Shown here one piece after another: positions 55,149-64,000 of a DNA stretch of 64,000 bases; positions within the stretch are counted from its first letter, which is position 1, and each line of letters begins with the position of its first letter. The stretch is taken from NCBI GenBank assembly GCA_020184695.1, contig JAANOX010000011.1, positions 496,001 through 560,000 of the forward strand, read 5' to 3'. Origin of the DNA: Histomonas meleagridis 2922-C6/04-290x (Eukaryota; Protista; Parabasalia). The position numbers were made by a program, and so were the translations under genes. The notes under the pieces were generated by a model. It saw nothing but the letters and a program-made list of their open reading frames with translations. It was not told the DNA's origin and did not search any database.

Positions 55149-55811
55149 CTCGGATTATCATAAAAGCGTTTAAGTAATTATTTTTTGCTATAAATTTTGT
55201 TTTTTTAATTGTATCTATTCATTTGGGATTTTTTTCGATGATGTTCACGAAAAAAATTGAAAGTTTTATTTTAAAACTCACGAAAAAATTTGGTTAATGG
55301 AAATAATTCGACCGCAATTTTTTTGAGATCAATTGAGTTTGCAGGTAACAAACCAAAAAAAACAATTCACACAATCTTTGTGTTGGATCTCAAAACATTT
55401 CAATAAAATGAAAGATAACGAGAAAGACTCGATTTAAACTTGTCAATCGAAATCAATAACTCTGAAAATTGAATGTAGTGAATACAAAAATACAAATATC
55501 TTTCTAAATATGCATTTTAACCTGCTACAACATAATTATATCAAATACACAATTTATTTATCAAATAATAATCAAATAGTTAATCAATTAATTTCTAAAA
55601 CCATTGATTTGTATTTAAGTGAATATGAATAATAGCTCTAATAGTTTTGATATTTTATTTATTTTTAAATTGATAATCTTTGATTTTAATTATATAAAAA
55701 TTATCAATATAAAAAACAAGATATTGCTGTTTTATAAAGCAATTTTCAATGTACTCAAAAATTGAGAAACAGAACTTCGCATTCAATTTTCTGACCATAT
55801 AAATCTAGCAA

Positions 55812-56432
55812 ATGTACGACGTTGGCGCCAACAGTAAAGGAGCATGGATCCCTCAACAACAATTCCCTCAGGAAGCTGTTGATGTTGCACAGCAAGATCC
55901 TGAGGCGGATAACTCTCGCAGACCACCAAATGCCTTTATTTTATATTCCCAAGAAATGCGTTCAAAGGTTCAGCAAGAAAACCCAACGATGTCAAATATA
56001 GAAGTATCAAAGCTTCTTGGAAAGATGTGGAAAGAGGTACCAAGTAATCAAAAAATAGCATATAAACAAAAGGCACAAGCTTTACAGGAAGATTTTAAGA
56101 AAAATCATCCAAATTACACATACCGTAAGGCACGTAGGAAGAGGGCTTTGAATGAATTGCTCACTAAGAATGCTCAAGTATTCCCAATGGCTCCTTATCA
56201 AATAGACCCAAATCTCGCAGCCTATCAACAGGTTGGAGGAATGCCGTTTTATCAACAAATGATTCCTGGGTATCCAATGCAACAAAATCAGACGTTAATG
56301 AATCCACAAGTTCAGGGAGGACAAATGTCGCAACAGCCAACACAGGTTCAGTATCAACAAATGTCCTATCCACAGCAAGTCGGTCAACAAAATTCCTATC
56401 AAATAGGTCAATACACAATGGGACAAAGCTAG
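55812..56432 (+). CDS. SOX/MATA-type HMG-box transcription factor with a Q-rich tail
   Basis: RRPPNAFILYSQEMRSKVQQENPTMSNIEVSKLLGKMWK...FKKNHPNYTYR. Confidence 0.92.
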   Translation: MYDVGANSKGAWIPQQQFPQEAVDVAQQDPEADNSRRPPNAFILYSQEMRSKVQQENPTMSNIEVSKLLGKMWKEVPSNQKIAYKQKAQALQEDFKKNHPNYTYRKARRKRALNELLTKNAQVFPMAPYQIDPNLAAYQQVGGMPFYQQMIPGYPMQQNQTLMNPQVQGGQMSQQPTQVQYQQMSYPQQVGQQNSYQIGQYTMGQS

Positions 56433-56847
56433 TTGAAATAAACATGCCAAAGGGAGTAAATCTTATTGATAAAAGTCTTGAAAAAATTATTCTTTTAATC
56501 GAAACCAGACCTGTAACCCGAAAAGAACCGCGGCTTCAAGCATTGAAAACTTTCAATTGGACTGTAGAAATTCATACGATCAAGCGGTTATTAACACAAC
56601 ACCTCCACAAAAATTTATATTGAGTGTTTTACGATCGTTTTTTTCAATTGTCAAATTGGAAAAACTCATCGTTCTAATCAAGTGCAACAAATGGAAATAA
56701 CTCATTAAATGCATTAGTTTCAAAGTTTTATAGGTACGAAAACATAAAAAATTTCTTAAAATACTATTTTAGTATCAAAACAAAATCAATAAATTGATAG
56801 TACGCATATTATAAACATTTATTGATTCTATTAAGCTTAATAGAATC

Positions 56848-58206
56848 TTAAGATTTGGACTCATCGGAATTACTCTCTTCCTCTGATCCACTCTTATTTT
56901 CATTGGCCATGTTATCGAAATAAATTTCTTCATCGAAATCGTGGCCGAAAGGATCTTCTTCTAATTCTTTAATATAACTTATTTTAGAATCGTTTGTGTA
57001 TTCTAAAATTTCTACAGGTTCTTCTTGATTAACAATTTCTGTACTTTGAGATTTTTGAGTTTCAGGTTTTCTGTTTTTAAGTTTAACCAACAAAACAATC
57101 AACAGAACGACAATTACTATTGCTACAACAGCTATAACAACAATAATAATTATTGTTTTTGTTTGGTCTTTGTCTGCTTCGACTTGTGGATAATCAATTA
57201 CATAGTAATAACCTGAGAATGAAACAACATTTACTGTATAATACACTACAGTATAGTCATAATATATAAATTTGGAAATTGTGTTGGTGTAAACAGAATT
57301 AATAAATGAAAATGTGATAGTGTCGGAAATGTATGAATTGTATGAATAAGTTTTGGTTGCTGATGGAACTATTACACTTACAAGAACATAACTGACTGTT
57401 AGTGAGGCATCAGGAATTAATGATCGCGTAAATGCATTTGATTGAGAAAATGTATTCGACAGTGAATATGTGTTCGATTGTGAATATGTATTTGATTGAG
57501 AAAATGTATCAGAAAGTGTGTTTGATTGGGAAAATGTATCAGATTGGGAAAATGTATCAGATTGTGAATATGTGTGGGTGGGTGGTGGAGGACAATCTTC
57601 AATGGAAGTACCACTGACTACAAGCATTCCACCAAATGTTGTTCCCTCATATTCAGGAGTTACCAAAACGAGGCTTGTGTTAATATTTCGAAAAGCAGAT
57701 GATGAGATCGAAGCTGGCTCTGTAATTCCAGTGTAAAATAGACAACTAATGTTGCAATTAGTGAACGCATTACTATCAATTACATTCACATTTTTTCCAA
57801 GAATAACAGTATTTAAGTTATAACATTCTCTAAATGATCTTTCTAATATTTGAGTTACTGAATCAGGGAGAAATATACTTGTAAGACTATCACAACTATA
57901 GAATGCATATCGTCCGATTATATTTAAATTTGGACCAAAATTTATTTTGATTAATTTATCGCAATTTCTGAATGTAGACTGCCCAATAGTTACAACGCCA
58001 CCCCCAATGATGAGAGATAAAATGTTCCAATCTTCAAATGCATTATTTTCTGATATATTATCAATTCCATAAATCTGAAGATGCAAGGTGTTTGATTTAT
58101 AAACATTCCGGCTACTTAGCTCACTTGTATTTGTTATAATCAATGTTTGATTTTCTTCTTCATAATATTGAGCTGAAAGTCTAAAAAAATAAAGGATAAG
58201 GCTCAT
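56848..58206 (-). CDS. Short BspA-like LRR surface protein
   Basis: TpLRR repeats, PPPP then TFSQSD/N repeats, TM helix and tail EEDPFGHDF. ATG at 58206. Confidence 0.92.
   Translation of the reverse strand: MSLILYFFRLSAQYYEEENQTLIITNTSELSSRNVYKSNTLHLQIYGIDNISENNAFEDWNILSLIIGGGVVTIGQSTFRNCDKLIKINFGPNLNIIGRYAFYSCDSLTSIFLPDSVTQILERSFRECYNLNTVILGKNVNVIDSNAFTNCNISCLFYTGITEPASISSSAFRNINTSLVLVTPEYEGTTFGGMLVVSGTSIEDCPPPPTHTYSQSDTFSQSDTFSQSNTLSDTFSQSNTYSQSNTYSLSNTFSQSNAFTRSLIPDASLTVSYVLVSVIVPSATKTYSYNSYISDTITFSFINSVYTNTISKFIYYDYTVVYYTVNVVSFSGYYYVIDYPQVEADKDQTKTIIIIVVIAVVAIVIVVLLIVLLVKLKNRKPETQKSQSTEIVNQEEPVEILEYTNDSKISYIKELEEDPFGHDFDEEIYFDNMANENKSGSEEESNSDESKS
57435..57570 (-). repeat. 18-nt (hexapeptide TFSQS[DN]) tandem repeat in the BspA stalk
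   Basis: THTYSQSDTFSQSDTFSQSNTLSDTFSQSNTYSQSNTYSLSNTFSQSN. Confidence 0.85.
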
Positions 58207-58503
58207 TTCCAACCAAGCAAAATTTGGCAGCCAGAAAAATGTAAATCATACAATTCATTATTTGTGCAAAGAAAAACAATAACTTTTTCTTAGAACATCA
58301 GATGGAACTCAATTTTCGAAAATTATCTCTCGAAAACAAACAAAAATTGGGGTTACCGTATCCTGCCATTTCAATTCAGTGTGAACCCAAAAAATTTCAA
58401 TACTTAGTAACAGGCGCTCTGAAATTTGGAATGTATTCAAATTCTCTCTCAAATTTTGTTGGGTTATTGAAACTCCTATTGTTGTGAAAAACCAACTAAC
58501 ATT

Positions 58504-60726
58504 ATGACCATTAAATTTGCAAGCAAAAGGAGAACGTTAAAAGATGAATCCAACCCAAAAATGGATTTCAGAAAAGATTTTCGCAGCCTTTTTATAAGTC
58601 ATGGAATTTCTGATAAAGAAATAAATGAAATGAGTGATACTGAATTCCAAGCTACTCTTTTGGGGTTTTTAGATTCCCAATCAAATCAAGATAAAAATCA
58701 GATTTCTCGTCAAATGAAAAACAGTACTACAGCATATGACAAGGATTTCGGTAATGGAAATTTTAATGAAGATGAAGCTGTTCGAATTGCGATTGAAAAA
58801 TCTCTTGATGATCAGCTTATTCCACCACACCTAAGACCAAAACCTTCTCCGCAGAATGAAGTTGGTATTTCAGCCACTAAAAAATCTTTACTTCGAGATA
58901 CCAATAATAATAATTCTTCAAAGAAAAGATATCCATCTGCACCAAAGCGTTCTAATCGAATTCTCGAAGCCATACCAGATCCACAATTTTTGCTTCATAA
59001 CGCATCAAAGCCAACTCAAAAAAAATCAACAACAAAAACAGTGCAGGAAAAAGGAAACGAAAGAAGTCGAATGCGAAGCGCAAGTGTTCGATCAGTTAAA
59101 CAAAATCATATTCAAAATAGAGAGCCATTAAAATCAACAACAAAAAATACAAATAATAAAACTTCTGATATCGCAAATAAAACAGAAAATAATAAAATAA
59201 AAGAATTTGGCTCAGCAAAATCTATTACTAAAAATACAAATGATTTGAATTTTAAAAAGGATTTTGAAAAAGAATTAAAATCAAATAATGCAATTTATAG
59301 TAAAAGAAATATAAATAACAATAAAATTTCTCGTGTCGAAAAGAAAACAGTAAACAAAGTAACAGAAACCAAAGCAACAACTTCAGGAAGACGAACAACA
59401 AATAGTTCAAATGTTAGAACTAATTTAATGGAATATAAAATTCTGCATACAGATAAAACTGAAAGAGAAAACAAATTAACAGAAACTAAAACGCCAACTT
59501 CAGGGAGACGAACAAATATATCAAATATAAATAATAACAAAAAAATTTCTAATATTGAAAAAAAAACAAATGAACATAATGTGCCAACTTCAGGAAGACG
59601 AACAGCAAACAATAATGTAAACAATAAAAATAAAATTTCTGATACTGAAAAGAAAACATTGAATAAATCAAATGAATATAATCCAACAAAATCCACCACA
59701 AGAAATATAAATAATTCAAATATAAATAACAATAAAATTTCTGGTGTTGAAAAGAAAACAGTAAACAAAGTAACAGAAACCAAAACACCAACTTCAGGAA
59801 GACGAACAACAAATAGTTCAAATGTTAGAACGAATTTAAAGGAATTTGAAATTCCGCATATGGATAAAATAGAAAAAATAAACAAATTAACAGAAACCAA
59901 AACACCAACTTCAGGAAGACGAACAAATGTATCAAATACAAATAATAATAAAATTTCTAATTTCGAAAAGAAAGCAAATGAGCATAACGCGCCAACATCA
60001 GGAAGAAAAATAGCAATCAATAATGTAAATAATAAAAATAAAATTTCTGATATAGAAGCTAAAGCAAATGAACATAATACACTAATATCAGAAAGAAGAA
60101 CAAATGATTCAAATATCAGAAGTAACATAAATATTGTTAAGAAAACAGAAACAGAAAACAAATTGAAAGAATCTGAAAATCCAATTTCCGCAAATATCAA
60201 TAAATTCGACAGAAAAACAGATAGCACAAACGCAGCCAAAGCAATTCCTTCTCATAATGAACATAATTCTACAGAACGCCAAGCGAAAACTTCAGCAATC
60301 GAAAAAGAACTTTCGAGTACACAAGAAATTGTTCAATTGCAAAACATCGAATACAACGAAGCACTTAAAGAGGCGCAAATTCGCACTGAACTCGAAAAGC
60401 AAACTGCTGAAGAAAAAGCAAACGAAGAAGAAGAAATGCAAAAATTAATAAATTCACTTCCGCCTGAGCCAGCAATTGGCGTCACAATTGCCGTTCTATT
60501 AAAGAATGGTAAAAGAGTAATGCGAAGATTCGATCCTAAGTCAAAAGGAATTTATGTTTATGTATGGGTATTAATGCAAATAAATGAAAATACTCCGGAC
60601 GAGAAATTGTCTTTGGATTCATTTGATGTAAAGTTATCTGTTTCGGCTAAAAAAATTGAGAAAGAACAAACTTTAGAAGAACAAAATATAAGCGGAAGAG
60701 TGTTTGCAATTGTTGATATATTTTAA
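58504..60726 (+). CDS. UIM- and UBX-like domain protein with a long low-complexity repeat linker
   Basis: UIM-like EDEAVRIAIEKSL, C-terminal UBX-like LPPEP...IAVLLKNGKRVMRRF and an N/K/T-rich middle with repeated TSGRR. Confidence 0.7.
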   Translation: MTIKFASKRRTLKDESNPKMDFRKDFRSLFISHGISDKEINEMSDTEFQATLLGFLDSQSNQDKNQISRQMKNSTTAYDKDFGNGNFNEDEAVRIAIEKSLDDQLIPPHLRPKPSPQNEVGISATKKSLLRDTNNNNSSKKRYPSAPKRSNRILEAIPDPQFLLHNASKPTQKKSTTKTVQEKGNERSRMRSASVRSVKQNHIQNREPLKSTTKNTNNKTSDIANKTENNKIKEFGSAKSITKNTNDLNFKKDFEKELKSNNAIYSKRNINNNKISRVEKKTVNKVTETKATTSGRRTTNSSNVRTNLMEYKILHTDKTERENKLTETKTPTSGRRTNISNINNNKKISNIEKKTNEHNVPTSGRRTANNNVNNKNKISDTEKKTLNKSNEYNPTKSTTRNINNSNINNNKISGVEKKTVNKVTETKTPTSGRRTTNSSNVRTNLKEFEIPHMDKIEKINKLTETKTPTSGRRTNVSNTNNNKISNFEKKANEHNAPTSGRKIAINNVNNKNKISDIEAKANEHNTLISERRTNDSNIRSNINIVKKTETENKLKESENPISANINKFDRKTDSTNAAKAIPSHNEHNSTERQAKTSAIEKELSSTQEIVQLQNIEYNEALKEAQIRTELEKQTAEEKANEEEEMQKLINSLPPEPAIGVTIAVLLKNGKRVMRRFDPKSKGIYVYVWVLMQINENTPDEKLSLDSFDVKLSVSAKKIEKEQTLEEQNISGRVFAIVDIF
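59311..60130 (+). repeat. Internal ~411-nt (137-aa) tandem duplication
   Basis: ataaataacaataaaatttct... starts at 59311 and again at 59722; INNNKISxVEKKTVNKVTETKxxTSGRRTTNSSNVRTNL occurs twice. Confidence 0.85.
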
Positions 60727-61175
60727 TAAAATGTTTTTGTATGAAAATGTATAATTGACGGCTTCAATTTTTTTATATAGAAATCTGGTCGATAATTGTT
60801 TGTCTTATTGGAAATCTGAAGTTTACACATGAATAACAGTGTTACAACTAAAATTTTTTTTTATCGAAAATCGATTTTTCTATGTCTTATATTGAAACAC
60901 ACTTATCGCTGTATTGAAAATATTATCGTTCATTACAAAAAAAATTTCATATCAAAAAAACATTTTTTTTTGCATGATATCGATATTACCCTGCAATATT
61001 TTATATAAAATGAATCAAACATATATTAGAATATATCATATTGGTGTCCTAACATATTGACTAAAATCGATTAATTATATGAATATGATACTGAATAATA
61101 AATGATATAAAATTAACGGTCACCCAGAAATTCCATTCAACTTTTTGACATTCCAACAGATTTGAAAGCGCAAAA

Positions 61176-64000
61176 ATGAACAATCGAGAAAAAATAATAT
61201 CATTTTACAAAATTGAAAAAGAAACAAAACAGCGTAATAATGGAGCCAAGTTAATCCATTTATGGGCTTTTCAAGATCGAAATGAAAAGTTAATGGATCG
61301 TATGGCAGATTCAGGGCCAAACTCACTTATGGAGATTGACACTTATGGAAACTCAGCACTTCATTATGCTGCTGCAAATTCTTCTACGTTTTCAGCGAGA
61401 TTCATTGTTGGCGCATTTCGATCTCTTCATTTTTATAATCATGATTTTCTTACACCCAGCCACATAGCCTCAATTAAAGGGGATCCCAACATGATTGAAA
61501 TTCTTATGAAATCAGATGTTATGATGGAAGATTTATCTCTGAAAAATTGGAACAATCTTCATTTTGCCATATATTATGAACATGTTGACACTGTAAAATT
61601 TCTTTTAGAACAAAATTTCCCATATGTTAATTCCATTGTTCTTAGTTGTGATCCCGTAATTGGAATTCCAGATTATCAAGACACGTTTCAATTTTATTCT
61701 TCGTTAGACATAGCCAAGCACACCGGCAATAGCGACATTATCAACTTATTACTCCAATATAATGCCTTACCATCATTTCATTCCGCTGTATTTTCCAATG
61801 ATTTTCGGGCAATTTCATATCATTTATACAACAAAAATTCCCCATTTTATCAGAACACCAATGTTACTGATGAAGTTAATCAATGTACAGTATTGCATAT
61901 ATCTGCATGTCAAGACAATTATTCCTTATGTCATATATTATTACAATATGGAGCTAGTCCCAACATTGAAGACAAATATCGTCATACGCCATTAGATTAT
62001 AGTGTAATTTTTGATTCATATAAATCATTTGTGATTTTATTAAAACATTCTGATTCACGTACTGCTTCTAAAGCGTGTTTCTTAGCTTCTGATTTTTATC
62101 GACCCAAATATTTAGAGCGTTTATTTCATTTTACGTTAGATTTCGAGTATATTAATTCCGATGGTGATAATATCATTGTCCATTTAATAAAACGTAAATC
62201 TGATGAATTATTTCCAGCGTTATTAAAAGAATATCCGATATTAACTATAAAGGATTCAATTGGCGCAAGTATATTTCATTACGCTGCAAGTTCATCATCG
62301 AATATTGTTAGTATATTAAAGAAAGACTTCGATTATAATGGTAAAGATAATGAAGGATTAATCCCACTATCATATGCGATTCGAGCTGATAGTCAAACAT
62401 CAGTTGAAAGCATTAAAACTAAATCGGATTCGAATTGTGTAGATATTTTTGGTATGACGCCGATTTTATATTCATTTATGAGTAGTAACTTATTAAAGAT
62501 TGATGATAAATCGAAAGAAATGCGATATAATATTAATGTTAAATTATTATATGAATCGCGACATTTAATTGAATCGAAATTAACATATTTCGATTATAAA
62601 ATTAATGAAAAGAAAGAAATTGAATTTGATAAGAAACTTCAATTATATTCACCGAATTATCTCGATTCATTAACATCACAATTTGTTGAACTATTCTTAA
62701 AGAAAACTAATGGCGTATTAAAAGGCGCTACAATATTACATGTCGCAATATTATTCACATTAACAAGTGGGAAATTTGCGGAATTATTAAAATATGCAAA
62801 TGAATTAATTGATGTTCCTGATGAAGAAGGAAGGACTCCAATATTATTTGCGTCTATGTTACGAAGAGCTAATTTTGTTGCATTATTAATTAATCGGAAT
62901 GCATCTATCTATTGTAAAGATAATTCAGGTAATTCTTTGTTTCATTATGTTGATGATCCTATAGTCTTTAAAAGTATACAAGATTTGCCGAATAATATAC
63001 ATATTAATTCTGATTATGTTAATAATAAAGGTGAAACACCTATACATATATATTGTAAAAATGGTTCTATTCAAGCATTAAAATTAATTATTTCGATTAT
63101 CGATGATTATTCAATATTATCATTACCGAATAAAGAAGGATTAACACCTATTGATTATGCATTAAAATCGAATTCTTTCGAATGTATGGAATTTTTACAT
63201 TCATTAGGAGTCGAAAATAAATTAATAACAGCAATAGAAAACAAGAAAATGCAAATTGCTACGAAACTTATTGAAAAAGGATATTCAGTCAATTCATCAA
63301 ATAAATTACTTTTCACACCATTACATACAGCTATTAATATTGGCTCTCCAGAAATTGTAAAATTTTTATTAGATAAAGGTGCAGATATTAATAAAGTATC
63401 AGCGAATGGTTTAACGCCATTACATTTAGCAGCGCAAAATAATAATTATGAAATGTGTTGTTTATTGTTAAATAAAGGAATTGATTTAATTGATAAAAAA
63501 CCTAATGAACAACCATATTTATTATCAACAGAACAAAAAGTTTATGATTTATTATTACATTATTGGAAACGTCAAATTATTATTAATGATTTAAATGAGT
63601 TTTGTTTCATAACACAACATGTAAGTGGTACAATTAAGTTAAGTTTATCAGAATTAATACGTATTAATGACACTACTCAAAAATATTATCAATTTATACA
63701 ATCATTTATTAAAGCTATAAATACTATTGAATCAGCTTCAACTAATTTTCGATCAATGAAGAATAATAATGAATATAATTTCATGACATCTATACATAAT
63801 ATATTAAATAATTTGGTTATCGATATTGATATTTATATAGAACAATTCCAACAATATATATTTATATCTGTTGATAACTTAGCTAATAATAACATAATCA
63901 AATTAACACATTTCCAATCATATTTCATATTTTTGTTACCTTTACAATGGTATATTTATATCGGAAAGTTTTTAAAGAAAATTTTCCCTTTGTTAATAAA
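61176..64000 (+). CDS. Large uninterrupted ankyrin-repeat protein, running off the window end
   Basis: ATG at 61176; the frame was open wherever checked, up to 64000. Normal loops (IDTYGNSALHY, KDNEGLIPL, PDEEGRTPIL, VSANGLTPLHLAA) are followed by a helical domain. Confidence 0.88.
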   Translation, partial: MNNREKIISFYKIEKETKQRNNGAKLIHLWAFQDRNEKLMDRMADSGPNSLMEIDTYGNSALHYAAANSSTFSARFIVGAFRSLHFYNHDFLTPSHIASIKGDPNMIEILMKSDVMMEDLSLKNWNNLHFAIYYEHVDTVKFLLEQNFPYVNSIVLSCDPVIGIPDYQDTFQFYSSLDIAKHTGNSDIINLLLQYNALPSFHSAVFSNDFRAISYHLYNKNSPFYQNTNVTDEVNQCTVLHISACQDNYSLCHILLQYGASPNIEDKYRHTPLDYSVIFDSYKSFVILLKHSDSRTASKACFLASDFYRPKYLERLFHFTLDFEYINSDGDNIIVHLIKRKSDELFPALLKEYPILTIKDSIGASIFHYAASSSSNIVSILKKDFDYNGKDNEGLIPLSYAIRADSQTSVESIKTKSDSNCVDIFGMTPILYSFMSSNLLKIDDKSKEMRYNINVKLLYESRHLIESKLTYFDYKINEKKEIEFDKKLQLYSPNYLDSLTSQFVELFLKKTNGVLKGATILHVAILFTLTSGKFAELLKYANELIDVPDEEGRTPILFASMLRRANFVALLINRNASIYCKDNSGNSLFHYVDDPIVFKSIQDLPNNIHINSDYVNNKGETPIHIYCKNGSIQALKLIISIIDDYSILSLPNKEGLTPIDYALKSNSFECMEFLHSLGVENKLITAIENKKMQIATKLIEKGYSVNSSNKLLFTPLHTAINIGSPEIVKFLLDKGADINKVSANGLTPLHLAAQNNNYEMCCLLLNKGIDLIDKKPNEQPYLLSTEQKVYDLLLHYWKRQIIINDLNEFCFITQHVSGTIKLSLSELIRINDTTQKYYQFIQSFIKAINTIESASTNFRSMKNNNEYNFMTSIHNILNNLVIDIDIYIEQFQQYIFISVDNLANNNIIKLTHFQSYFIFLLPLQWYIYIGKFLKKIFPLLI

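Noticed and set aside
59295-60239. 314-aa antisense ORF
   Set aside because: It is a shadow of the repetitive N/K/T-rich sense ORF; its F/L/V-rich composition is what the reverse complement would give.

Overview
Eukaryotic nuclear DNA, very AT-rich and gene-dense, with almost no introns. The gene content points to a parabasalid (trichomonad/histomonad-like; inference): BspA-like LRR surface proteins, DUF3447-type ankyrin proteins, TCAYT-like initiators and bacterial-type metabolic genes. Housekeeping genes include RPB2, GINS Psf1, NAA35/MAK10, an ATG18-like protein, RPS17, RPL39, ERD2, AP-3 delta, an ELMO-domain protein, a Rab and a DHHC. There are also four intact and two decayed BspA genes, two disrupted Tc1/mariner-superfamily transposons and several probable lateral acquisitions (M15A peptidoglycan peptidase, mannitol dehydrogenase, old-yellow-enzyme, flavodoxin-fold reductase). 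The main unexplained signal is in four separate ankyrin loci (4850-5699, 13520-15553, 26090-26350, 31793-34503). All 21 complete repeat junctions I could delimit there are interrupted at the same point, between the D of 'DINAKD' and the T of 'TAL/TPL', by a short AT-rich intervening sequence. These lack consistent GT-AG ends and the ACTAAC branch motif. Seventeen of the 21 break the reading frame or carry stops, while the flanking ankyrin coding blocks stay essentially intact. This is a candidate non-canonical intron or translational-bypass system. Also notable: an unannotated 23-aa Cys-rich CaaX micro-ORF just upstream of Mei2-like and HMG-box genes. I saw no rRNA, tRNA or CRISPR by eye. All calls are by-eye motif recognition, without database searches.
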